A DNA stretch of 27,329 bases from a virus. Its lineage: Duplodnaviria; Caudoviricetes. The stretch spans positions 1-27,329 of IMG/VR virus record IMGVR_UViG_3300007778_000028, one strand, 5' to 3'. The position numbers were made by a program, and so were the translations under genes. The notes under the pieces were generated by a model. That model did no database searches. It was given only the letters and a program-made list of their open reading frames with translations, and had not been told where the DNA came from. Within the stretch, counting starts at the first letter, position 1; every line of letters begins with the position of its first letter. Of the stretch, positions 1 to 8,105 are shown one piece after another.

Positions 1-810
1 CTGCTTAAGCGCTTTTTTCAGCCAAGACTGCTCACCTTTTGAGATCTCGACCATCGCCATGTCATCTGCGCCCCACGAAGAAAGTTTAGGTGCACACACT
101 GCAACCAACTCACCTTTCATCGCATTGGCGCGACGTGTAACATCGCTTGCCACACCGTCCCAGACACCTTTGTCAGCCTTGTGAACACGAATCTCACAGT
201 TATTTTTGGCTTGGAACTTATACAAGACGTCTCTTTGGTAAGATTCGCTAGTCTCTTCAAGCGACTCACCTTCAAACGACCAATCAGACTCCCAGCCGTC
301 CTCTTCGTCACTGTCACCAACGATGTGATCTTCACCGTCAACGACTACTTCAGCCTCGCCGTCCAGATCAAAGTCACCTTCAGTGCCAATATCAACGTAC
401 ACACCGCCTAGATCCGCTGCATCGACTTCAAAATCTGTATCTAAATCGTTGCCGTCATCGCTGTAGTCAAGCATGTCAGGGTCGACGCGACCCATCGCTA
501 CATCAATCGCGATAGCGGTTTCTTCGCCGTCTCCGTCTTCGACCTCTGTCCAGTCGTCACCCGCTGTACCCATCATGGCATTCAGCTTGTCGATACGCTG
601 ATCAATTACGATATCACCATCTATTGACGATTCGCCTAAATCACCCTGATCCGCGTCGTCTTCGACTTCCGTCCAATCTGTAACGGCTGCACCGACTTTA
701 CGGTCATAGTAGTCGTAACGGGCTTCGAGGTCTGGGTGGATCTCCAGCGCATTTTCGCTTTCATCGACGACACGACCGATTTTTGATAGAAGTTTAGTTG
801 CTATAGACAT
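1..810 (-). CDS. Acidic hypothetical protein with N-terminal leader (putative internal head protein), runs off the window edge
   Basis: Not in the ORF track; translated by hand. ATG at 810 with GGAG upstream. Starts MSIATKLLSKIGRVVDE, has a very D/E-rich stretch with DWTEVED twice, and ends at the window edge in ...EQSWLKKALKQ without a stop. Confidence 0.8.
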   Translation of the reverse strand, partial: MSIATKLLSKIGRVVDESENALEIHPDLEARYDYYDRKVGAAVTDWTEVEDDADQGDLGESSIDGDIVIDQRIDKLNAMMGTAGDDWTEVEDGDGEETAIAIDVAMGRVDPDMLDYSDDGNDLDTDFEVDAADLGGVYVDIGTEGDFDLDGEAEVVVDGEDHIVGDSDEEDGWESDWSFEGESLEETSESYQRDVLYKFQAKNNCEIRVHKADKGVWDGVASDVTRRANAMKGELVAVCAPKLSSWGADDMAMVEISKGEQSWLKKALKQ

Positions 811-828
811 TTTCAAGTTGTCTCCAGA

Positions 829-1077
829 TTAAGTTAAATCGAGCGTGTCGAAAATACGACGACTGATTTCGTAAATTTCGCCAGTGTCGCTAGAAATCAT
901 CACACGTGAGGTGAAACCTTCGGGGTTTCCCAGCACACTGTAAGTCCCGTCAGGAAGCGTGGTTGCTTCCCCTGTAACAAAATCAAAGCATGGCAAGACA
1001 AGTCCGTCATCGCCGCCCGTAATTTTGAACGTGGGAATCTTTTTAAGTTTACTGACTACAGAAATTGAAAGACTCAC
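829..1077 (-). CDS. Hypothetical protein
   Basis: 82-aa ORF; its GTG start overlaps the upstream TGA (GTGA coupling); tiles the operon. Confidence 0.65.
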   Translation of the reverse strand: MSLSISVVSKLKKIPTFKITGGDDGLVLPCFDFVTGEATTLPDGTYSVLGNPEGFTSRVMISSDTGEIYEISRRIFDTLDLT

Positions 1078-1310
1078 TCGTCACCTCCGTCATCACCATC
1101 AAGACCGCCTCGATTCGGGCGATACCGTGAGGCAATGTATTTGACAGTCGAATAGCGAAGTTGATCGTCTTGAATATTACCGACAGCTGCAATGGCTTGC
1201 AGGTAGAGACTTCTAAAATCTTTGCTTGTCATTTCTCGGTTCTTCGCCTCAGCGTCACGTAAAATTCGACGTACGGTGCGTGCGAGATCGACATCAGCGC
1301 TTTTAATCAT
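1074..1310 (-). CDS. Hypothetical protein
   Basis: 78-aa ORF with GGAG RBS, tiling between neighbouring genes. Confidence 0.65.
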   Translation of the reverse strand: MIKSADVDLARTVRRILRDAEAKNREMTSKDFRSLYLQAIAAVGNIQDDQLRYSTVKYIASRYRPNRGGLDGDDGGDE

Positions 1311-1324
1311 CTTCCGATCTCCAC

Positions 1325-1957
1325 TTAATAAATAACATGATGCCAGTCTGAGTTATCTTGTAAACGCTCTATTGTCTGTTCGACCAAACTTTGTCCTTCA
1401 CCGACAAGCTGATCCGCGTCCATCGATACCGGCAGGTCGTTCAACGTGAATGCGCGACGTGAGCGTCCAAGGGCAATCAGAAAGTTACCCTGTAACAAGT
1501 CCAAAAACAGCGTTTCCTGACGCACGCCGCTAATCTCAGCGTCAATCAGCACGCCTGTAGTCTCATCCCGTGTCTCAACCGTTGGGTAGGTGTCGTAATG
1601 TGCGGTGATATTGACTGCACCGAGCAAACCTACAACGTCGAGCACGCCGGTCTCGCGATTGTATTCCCAGTAATTCACGCTTGAACTGCCGTGAAAACCT
1701 GACATCAGAATCCCAAAGGGCACGGTTGAGACAGACTGCACCGACGCAGGCTTGTCGTTGGTATCAAACTGGTAGCTGTTCGAGTTAAGCTGCACTTTGT
1801 GTACCGCTGTGCGCGGTTTCCAGCGTGAGTAGTCACGCAGAGTACGCTTTACCAACGCGTAGAACAGTGGCACGTCGATCTGCGTATTCGCTAGATCACC
1901 GACGATGAACTCACCGGAAATCAGCATGATCTCGTTTATCAAGTCAGTCAGTCGCAT
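1325..1957 (-). CDS. Putative neck/head-tail adaptor protein (T4 gp13-like)
   Basis: C-terminal ALGRSRRAF...LPVSMDADQLVGEG...IERL resembles the gp13-type W/LG..R.KF..LP...NG..L..EG..E..L pattern; located downstream of the head genes. Confidence 0.55.
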   Translation of the reverse strand: MRLTDLINEIMLISGEFIVGDLANTQIDVPLFYALVKRTLRDYSRWKPRTAVHKVQLNSNSYQFDTNDKPASVQSVSTVPFGILMSGFHGSSSVNYWEYNRETGVLDVVGLLGAVNITAHYDTYPTVETRDETTGVLIDAEISGVRQETLFLDLLQGNFLIALGRSRRAFTLNDLPVSMDADQLVGEGQSLVEQTIERLQDNSDWHHVIY

Positions 1958-1971
1958 AATGCGCCCCGTGT

Positions 1972-2370
1972 CTATCGTCTGGTTTTACGTTTGATATTTA
2001 GTAAAGAGCGACGACGCGTACTGATCTTGCGTTGACGCTTGGTTGTACCCTTTTTAGCCGTGCGTTTTATCGCGCGATTGCGTCGCGCTTTTTCGCTACC
2101 TTTTAACATGCGATACACGCACTGACGCCGTGGGTCGACCGTCGCAATATACCCCGCACGCTTTGGACACGTGAAGCGCTTAAGCTTTATCTTTTTACCC
2201 TGACGTACAACGAACTTGACCATCTTCTTAGCACGAATTTCGGTGATAACCTCTTCACCTAGATCTGCCTCGTCGAACTCGCTATAGAGCGAGAGTTCGA
2301 CTGTCTCTGCATCATCAGCAAGACGCTCAAGAATTCGTGCAGCTAATGATGTAGTGTTATTTGAAATCAT
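1972..2370 (-). CDS. Prohead core protein-like (T4 gp68-like), acidic N-terminus and very basic C-terminus
   Basis: SLAARILERL leader, acidic stretch ending VITE, then K/R-rich VVRQGKKIK...AGY...RM...EK.RR..RRRSL...RK resembling gp68-type core proteins. Confidence 0.55.
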   Translation of the reverse strand: MISNNTTSLAARILERLADDAETVELSLYSEFDEADLGEEVITEIRAKKMVKFVVRQGKKIKLKRFTCPKRAGYIATVDPRRQCVYRMLKGSEKARRNRAIKRTAKKGTTKRQRKISTRRRSLLNIKRKTRR

Positions 2371-2960
2371 TTAATGATACCTCGCGCATTCAGTGATTCG
2401 ATCAACGCCTTTATATGCTTGCAGTAACCCAAAATGTGACGCGGATTACGGCGTGGATAACCCACAGGCGGCAACGGCGTTTTACGAACGTATGGCACCA
2501 TATGAGAACCGAGCAATGCGCCACGACGCTTCAGTGCCCAACCCCAGACAAAGTAAAAATCGGGACAGGTACAGCGACATTCAATTGGGTTTTGACGCTT
2601 CAAAATGCTCTTCATATACAGCGGCTTCGTACCGCGCTTCGCATTTTTAGGCATGATCGGAATCGCATGCTTTCGATCACGTGCATCAACTAAATCAACT
2701 GCCGAATACGTAATGGATGTAAGGTAGCGTGGCGTGCCGAGCTTTTTGCCCTTGCGCATGACAGGGTTACCCGTCGACAATGCTTTTATCGCGATCTGTT
2801 TGTTGCGCGGATAAGCAAACGAGTCGAGAATCTTCACCTGACGTGCGGTGTTCCAGTTTTTGCGCAACTTCTTACTGGAAGTCACTAAGCGCATCGTGGT
2901 TACGGTGTTTTTACGCTGTTTCTTTTTCGCCACTTTGGGCTGTGAAATCCGTGACGCCAT
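2367..2960 (-). CDS. Basic SWIM-type zinc-finger protein
   Basis: CRCTCPDF...RNP...GYCKH fits the CxC-xn-CxH SWIM motif; K/R rich. Confidence 0.7.
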   Translation of the reverse strand: MASRISQPKVAKKKQRKNTVTTMRLVTSSKKLRKNWNTARQVKILDSFAYPRNKQIAIKALSTGNPVMRKGKKLGTPRYLTSITYSAVDLVDARDRKHAIPIMPKNAKRGTKPLYMKSILKRQNPIECRCTCPDFYFVWGWALKRRGALLGSHMVPYVRKTPLPPVGYPRRNPRHILGYCKHIKALIESLNARGIIK

Positions 2961-2975
2961 AATGTCCGCCTATAA

Positions 2976-3800
2976 TTAACGCTTTTTCTTCTTACCGCCG
3001 GACTTTGTACCCTTGTCATTGACGTCGAGCACCTTGTTGAACGGTCGAGTATGGAAACCTTTTTTACGCATCACAGTCTTTGCAATTAGTTCTAGCAACC
3101 CTGAGCGCGGATTGAAGTTGAGAACAAACGGCAAATTCACGTCCGACGCCATATCTTTAATGACACCTTCAACATCTTTGCCCAACGTACGCAGCTTCTT
3201 ACCCCATTTAGTGAATACACCTGAAAACAGGCTGCTCAACTCATCCAAGGTAATCTGCTTTTTGTTGCGTGCATCATTGACGCGGTCAAAGAAATGACGT
3301 GTGAACTCAACATCGACGCCAACCGCAGCAAATAGCTTGTCGAGCTGTGCTTCCAGCGCAGAGATCTGCGGCATTGTGAGCGGTTCTGCAAGATTGATTT
3401 TCTCTTCAAGAGACAACGCTTCAAACGCCTCCGCAAACTCCGCAGGCACGATGTGAGAGAACGCTTCTAATCTATACTGCGCAGCGACAGGGTTCTCACC
3501 CTCGCGATCTGCAAATTCTTTCGCAGGATCGACCACCTCTACGTCGTCATCAGCGTCAGCCGTGAAGTCAATCGGTTTTGCCGTGTCCTTGTCGTTTTGA
3601 GACTTTGCACCCTTTTCATCGGCTTCACAGGTGTCAACCTTGTGTGCCATGCTCAGCACGTTGCCCAATCGCTGATACAATGCGTCGTACTCAGCTTGTG
3701 CGCGGGCGTTTTGCTCGATTGAATCACGAGTCACGCGATCAATAGTGGCAGTTACCGCCGCCGCCTCTGTTAGAGACAAGAGTTTCTGAGACAAATTCAT
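2976..3800 (-). CDS. Leader-bearing protein with C-terminal RegB/RelE-like putative ribonuclease domain
   Basis: Start moved to MNLSQKLLSLTE (ATG 3800, GAGG RBS). C-terminal VEFTRHFFDRV...ITLDELSSLF...LIAKTVMRK resembles T4 RegB (YSQHLLDR) and the FTxH..R motif of RelE-like folds. Gene certain, function tentative. Confidence 0.5.
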   Translation of the reverse strand: MNLSQKLLSLTEAAAVTATIDRVTRDSIEQNARAQAEYDALYQRLGNVLSMAHKVDTCEADEKGAKSQNDKDTAKPIDFTADADDDVEVVDPAKEFADREGENPVAAQYRLEAFSHIVPAEFAEAFEALSLEEKINLAEPLTMPQISALEAQLDKLFAAVGVDVEFTRHFFDRVNDARNKKQITLDELSSLFSGVFTKWGKKLRTLGKDVEGVIKDMASDVNLPFVLNFNPRSGLLELIAKTVMRKKGFHTRPFNKVLDVNDKGTKSGGKKKKR

Positions 3801-3815
3801 AGGGTGCGTCCTCAA

Positions 3816-4244
3816 TTACTTAGCGACTTTACGGCGGCGTGGTGCTGCTTTTTTAGTCGACTTTTTCGCAGGCTTTTCAGCTTCAACAGCTGGCGCTTCT
3901 TCAACGACAGGTGCCTCTTCAACGACAGGTGCCTCTTCAACGACAGGTGCCTCTTCAACGACAGGCGCTTCTTCAACGACAGGTGCAGCCTCTACAACTG
4001 GCTCGGCTTTCTTTTCAGCCTTTTTAGCCGCTTTAGCTTCTGGCTTAGCTGCCTTTGCCTCGTGTGCTTCGAGCGCTTTACCGTGTAAGAGCATGTCGCC
4101 AAAACGGTTGAGAATTTGCTCCCAGTTGCGCAGCAGTTTGCTGGCAGGGATATCGCGAGTTTCACCCGCAGGAATTGGGGTTGCGATCTGATCAGTCGTG
4201 ATCTTCAGCGAGACAACACCCGCCGTTGCGTTTTTGATTTTCAT
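3816..4244 (-). CDS. Hypothetical virion protein with APVVEE repeats and Lys-rich tail
   Basis: ATG at 4244 (MKIKNAT) with GGAG RBS; small N-terminal domain, then a low-complexity A/K/E/P region. Confidence 0.75.
   Translation of the reverse strand: MKIKNATAGVVSLKITTDQIATPIPAGETRDIPASKLLRNWEQILNRFGDMLLHGKALEAHEAKAAKPEAKAAKKAEKKAEPVVEAAPVVEEAPVVEEAPVVEEAPVVEEAPVVEEAPAVEAEKPAKKSTKKAAPRRRKVAK
3881..4006. repeat. Intragenic 18-bp tandem repeat, ~7 copies (unit CTTCAACGACAGGTGCCT)
   Basis: Three exact copies at 3899-3952 plus degenerate flanking copies; encodes (APVVEE)n on the minus strand. Confidence 0.95.
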
Positions 4245-4263
4245 GGAATGCTCCAAATAGTAA

Positions 4264-4683
4264 TTAGCTGTAAGCTGACGCAGGAAAAATTGAACGCCCG
4301 TGCTTTTTAGCGAGGGTTTCGAGGGTCAGAACAAGTGCAGTTGCGCCAAATGGCAGGAGATACATCGACGTGATGCCGAGGATTTTGAACACGTCGAGCA
4401 GCTGCGCGTTGGCAAACTGAATCTCATCCCGTGTCGCTTCACCTTTGAGCGCCTTCAAGTAGATTCTCAGCATTTCTTTAGATTCAGCTTTTTCCGTGCT
4501 CAGCACATGCTTCACACGGTCTAAAAAGACGCCGATTGATCGGAACTTTTTGAGAATGAGATCTTTGAGATTGGCTTCATTCAGTGGCGGCAGCGTTGCA
4601 TGCGACTCGTGAAGCTCTTGAATCGCCTGCAACACTCGAAGCGATGCCGAACGTTTAGGCTGTGACGGTTTCATCGCGATCAC
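4264..4683 (-). CDS. LETM1-like membrane-associated protein
   Basis: TRDE...QLLDVFK.LG...LLPFG (hydrophobic)...IFPASAY resembles the LETM1 TRRE...DL.R.VP...LPSTF pattern; GTGA coupling to the upstream gene. Confidence 0.5.
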   Translation of the reverse strand: MIAMKPSQPKRSASLRVLQAIQELHESHATLPPLNEANLKDLILKKFRSIGVFLDRVKHVLSTEKAESKEMLRIYLKALKGEATRDEIQFANAQLLDVFKILGITSMYLLPFGATALVLTLETLAKKHGRSIFPASAYS

Positions 4684-5870
4684 TTATCACTCAATGCAAA
4701 CTCAATCGTCGCATCAGTGCTCGTAATTTCTGAGCCTATCGTTTTTTCAACGTCGATTCGTTTGCCTACGCCCGCTTTAGCGAGTGCTTGTGCAAGCTTT
4801 TGCTGCAAAGCAGGCTTAATACTTAATAGCTTAAGCTCAGCTTTGAGCGGCAGATGACCGTTGAACTGCCCGTCGATATACACTTTGATATTCGGGTTCA
4901 TATCCACGGCTTCGTCGACCGTTTCGTGCGCGTCCACGGACTCAGCAGCCTCATTCGGGTACTCGCCTTTTTTCAAGCGCGCAACGACAACACCTCTGTC
5001 GTGAACCACAAAGTCACCGTTATCAGAAAATATGGTTGTATGATTTGGGTCTTTCTTTAGCTTGGCAGTTTTGAGTGCCAGCGCATATAAGTCGTTGTAA
5101 TACTTACGCCGCTTGGCTGAAACCTGTATAGCCTCCTCAACATCGCTTACGCTGTCTGACGAGTCAGCCTCAACGGACTCAGCTACCGTCTTAAGATAGT
5201 CAATCAGTGCAGATACTTGCTTACCGTTCAACGTCATCGACATGTCACGTGAGCCTTGCGTAATGCCAACTCGTGCCTGTCCTTTTTTCACCGCTGTCAC
5301 GTCTAAATCCATGCCGGACTTATCATCTGACAAAAAGAGCGTGCCCTTAACGACTTCAATTGAGTCGTCTTTGCGCTTCAAAAAATCAAACAGCTCATCT
5401 ACCGAATCTGTCTCAATCAATTTCGCCTCAATCATGCTGTCCCTCACTGCTTTAGCAACTTCGCGCCAGTCTGCATGGTCGCTATACCAATCTGTCAACG
5501 CGTCAACAGTCAAGCCGAGTTGCGCCGCTGCTTTCTCGGACGCCTTGATCCGATCCATACCTGACTTTTTGTATTTGGCAAAAGTCTTCATGTACTCGAC
5601 GTACAATTTCTCCATATCTTCATAGGAGACAGACTCATCAACAAAGACGACTCGACGTGAGACAGAACCTTGCTTCGGATCAAGCACGAGCATGCGCTCT
5701 TTGCCTTTTGCCGTGCTTTTGAAGTCCTTATGAACCTTACGGAACTCCGCTTTGGTAATGTGAACTGCGCCGTCGACGATTTTGTAGTTCGCCTCGGAAA
5801 CCTCACCGACTTCAGACACGTCAGGGCGATAGTGCTCTTGCACACTACCCATTAAGCGTTTAGCTGACAT
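4680..5870 (-). CDS. Leader-bearing multidomain hypothetical protein (putative internal head polyprotein)
   Basis: True start likely MSAKRLMGSVQEHYRPD (ATG 5870, AGGAG RBS); about five small domains separated by acidic linkers. Confidence 0.8.
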   Translation of the reverse strand: MSAKRLMGSVQEHYRPDVSEVGEVSEANYKIVDGAVHITKAEFRKVHKDFKSTAKGKERMLVLDPKQGSVSRRVVFVDESVSYEDMEKLYVEYMKTFAKYKKSGMDRIKASEKAAAQLGLTVDALTDWYSDHADWREVAKAVRDSMIEAKLIETDSVDELFDFLKRKDDSIEVVKGTLFLSDDKSGMDLDVTAVKKGQARVGITQGSRDMSMTLNGKQVSALIDYLKTVAESVEADSSDSVSDVEEAIQVSAKRRKYYNDLYALALKTAKLKKDPNHTTIFSDNGDFVVHDRGVVVARLKKGEYPNEAAESVDAHETVDEAVDMNPNIKVYIDGQFNGHLPLKAELKLLSIKPALQQKLAQALAKAGVGKRIDVEKTIGSEITSTDATIEFALSDK

Positions 5871-5880
5871 TGCTGAACTC

Positions 5881-6714
5881 CTACTTATCGAGATCTGTAT
5901 CGACGTCTGTTTCAACCGACTCGTAAACAGGTTCAATCGACATTTTGGTCATCGCGTCTTCACGCGAAACACCGAGTTGCTTCATAGCGTATTCCAAGGC
6001 TTTGAGCATCGACTTAGCGTGATCACGTGACACGTCAACCGTCTTTTTGCCCAGCGTCGCTGTCCAGCCAATAAACGTGCCTTTCTGCTGTTCTTCAATG
6101 TCGGCATCAACAGCTTCAGCTGTGGGTTTAACTACTTTGTGGGTTGCGACATTCACGACCGCATCTTTAATATGCTGTACTAACGCTTGCCCACGCATGC
6201 TTTTCAGCGATTTCCACGCTTTCTTGAGGTCATCTTCGCTTGTAGCTGTCAACACGTCCCAGACGAGTGGGTCACGCGACGGTGGATTACCGAGCGCAAC
6301 AGTCAGATCACGAGTAATCGCTTTGGCATCTTTACCTGACTTTTTAGCTATCCACTGAAGCATGTTGATTGTCGGACGCTCTTCGATCAACGCGTCGAAA
6401 GACTCATCAGCTGAATCATCGTCGTCACCAACATCTGCTAAACCCAGATCTTCAACCACCTCGGCAGATAACGCCTCTGCTTCAAATGCTTCGTGCGCGG
6501 GTACGACTGAGAGCAAACCGACTTTAGACTTGGGCACCTTGAGTGCCTTGATAGCGAACTGCTTAGCGCCGTAAAGGTCTTTCGCGTCCGTGCCTTTCTT
6601 GATCTCTATCTTTTTGCTGCCATACATGCCAATCCAGCCTGCAAGCTTGCCGCCCTGATCAAGTGGCAGGTCAAAGTATTCGAGCACAGACTGTGCTAAA
6701 CGAGAATTGTCCAT
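5881..6714 (-). CDS. Leader-bearing multidomain hypothetical protein with duplicated ~50-aa domain
   Basis: Start MDNSRLAQSVLE (ATG 6714, GGAG RBS); GWIGMYGSKKIEI... and GWTATLGKKTVDV... are related segments. Confidence 0.8.
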   Translation of the reverse strand: MDNSRLAQSVLEYFDLPLDQGGKLAGWIGMYGSKKIEIKKGTDAKDLYGAKQFAIKALKVPKSKVGLLSVVPAHEAFEAEALSAEVVEDLGLADVGDDDDSADESFDALIEERPTINMLQWIAKKSGKDAKAITRDLTVALGNPPSRDPLVWDVLTATSEDDLKKAWKSLKSMRGQALVQHIKDAVVNVATHKVVKPTAEAVDADIEEQQKGTFIGWTATLGKKTVDVSRDHAKSMLKALEYAMKQLGVSREDAMTKMSIEPVYESVETDVDTDLDK

Positions 6715-6729
6715 TGAGTGAATCTCCAG

Positions 6730-6762
6730 AAACGACAAAACCGCCACAAGGACGGTTTCGTT
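6730..6762 (-). terminator. Putative rho-independent terminator after the HD gene
   Basis: Minus strand AAACCGTC-CTTGT-GGCGGTTT followed by TGTCGTTT. Confidence 0.55.
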
Positions 6763-6793
6763 AAAATTAGTGAGAGCGCCAGCGGCGCGAGAA

Positions 6794-7240
6794 TTAAGCG
6801 CTCAAGCGCGCAATCGCAGCTCGGTACTTCTCAACCCGAGCCAAGTCTTTATCAGAAACGCTAGCCAACCGGCTTAAGTCGCTGTTGTGGGCAAGATCCG
6901 CCAGCTTAACTTCGACAGCCAAAGGGTTGGCTTCAACACGCGCCAAGTAATCATCGTAGTGCTCACCATCGACTTTTGAGAGCGCAACAACCGCCGCAAC
7001 AACCGCCTCAACGTCTGCCGCACCCGCACCACCATCAAGCAGTGCCGCACGCAGATCAGCTTCGACCATTGCAGTGTCCTCAAGGACGTCGTGAAGGAAC
7101 GCAGCCGCTTTAGCCAGCGGGCTAGACACCCCAGCCGCAACTGCACTGAGGTGACCCGCGAAGTAATCAACACCAGCCTTATCGACGTCGCCAGCGTGGG
7201 CAACTCGGGCTAGGTTTTTCGCAATCACATCAATCATCAT
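6794..7240 (-). CDS. HD-domain hydrolase, small alarmone ((p)ppGpp) hydrolase-like
   Basis: AH.G..DKAG..Y..H, AFLHDVLEDT and VKLADLAHN match the SpoT/Mesh1-type hydrolase motifs. Confidence 0.8.
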   Translation of the reverse strand: MMIDVIAKNLARVAHAGDVDKAGVDYFAGHLSAVAAGVSSPLAKAAAFLHDVLEDTAMVEADLRAALLDGGAGAADVEAVVAAVVALSKVDGEHYDDYLARVEANPLAVEVKLADLAHNSDLSRLASVSDKDLARVEKYRAAIARLSA

Positions 7241-7261
7241 ATCTCCTCACTCAACATGATT

Positions 7262-7301
7262 ATTATATCAAAATGAGTGAGCATTGCAAGTCAATACGCT
7301 G
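7262..7301 (-). promoter_or_regulatory. Sigma70-type (early) promoter for the HD gene
   Basis: CAGCGTA-TTGACTTGCAA...TGaTATAAT. Extended -10 at 7262-7267; TTGCAA lies 16 bp and TTGACT 21 bp upstream. Confidence 0.7.
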
Positions 7302-7311
7302 ATAGTTTTAA

Positions 7312-8061
7312 CTACTTAGACTTGTATGAACTAAGTGCCGTATCCAACTGCGCCAGCTTTTGAGCTTCAGGTTTTGTAGAGACGCGAAGTGTAAAGGAGT
7401 AGTAAAACACAACTTTACCTGCCAGACCTTCCATAAACACGTAAGGCTCTTTGTCGAATTTTTTGATATTGATCAACTTTCCTGCATCGTCAAAAAAGCT
7501 GTCTGCAATCGCTTTCATTCTACGTTCGATATTCGAAATATCGCTAGTCGTCAATGGCGGAGCAGATGTTGTAGAAACAACGGTTACAGTTAGGCTTTTA
7601 TCAGTTAGCTTAGTCTTAACACTACCGCCTGTTGGAACGTGTCGAACTACGTTCTTAAAATCGAGAGTTGCTTCGTCAACCTGAGTTTCTTCGACTACTT
7701 CGGCTGGAGTTCCCTCTTCGTCCGCAGACTCGCTCTTAGCTTTCTTCACGTCATCGTAAGTAGCAAGACCGTTTGAATATGCCCACTGTACTTCCGCACG
7801 TTTGCCAGATAGACCTTTGGTAGCTGCCTTGTGTAACTGCGTTAGGTCATCAACCATCTTTGGAACAGAGTCGTAGGGCTGATCCAGAGTCGCACCTGTC
7901 TTAACAACCTTAGCCTGCCAATACTGCTGTCCACGAGCATTCTTTTGGCGAACAGCTTCAAAATCAATGTCGCCTACCGTGAATGTCTTACCTTCACTAA
8001 GAGTATGTTTCGGGCGGTAGTTTTCGTCCAGACCGCCCATTAGAGTTTTTGCATCAATCAT
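7312..8061 (-). CDS. Leader-bearing two-domain hypothetical protein
   Basis: Starts MIDAKTLMGGLDENYRP; acidic linker SESADEEGTPAEVVEETQVDE between two domains. Confidence 0.8.
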   Translation of the reverse strand: MIDAKTLMGGLDENYRPKHTLSEGKTFTVGDIDFEAVRQKNARGQQYWQAKVVKTGATLDQPYDSVPKMVDDLTQLHKAATKGLSGKRAEVQWAYSNGLATYDDVKKAKSESADEEGTPAEVVEETQVDEATLDFKNVVRHVPTGGSVKTKLTDKSLTVTVVSTTSAPPLTTSDISNIERRMKAIADSFFDDAGKLINIKKFDKEPYVFMEGLAGKVVFYYSFTLRVSTKPEAQKLAQLDTALSSYKSK

Positions 8062-8105
8062 TTTTTTAAATCCTTTAAAAATTCAGGCGTAAATTGACGG
8101 CTCAA

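Noticed and set aside
117-411. Short ORFs 117..341 (-) and 181..411 (+)
   Set aside because: Both overlap the longer 1..810 frame, which has an RBS and the shared leader.
3881-4006. Possible CRISPR array
   Set aside because: The repeats are head-to-tail with no spacers and are in frame within a gene; no cas genes are present.
3804-4088. Plus-strand ORF with FNDRCL repeats
   Set aside because: Antisense shadow of the APVVEE repeat gene.
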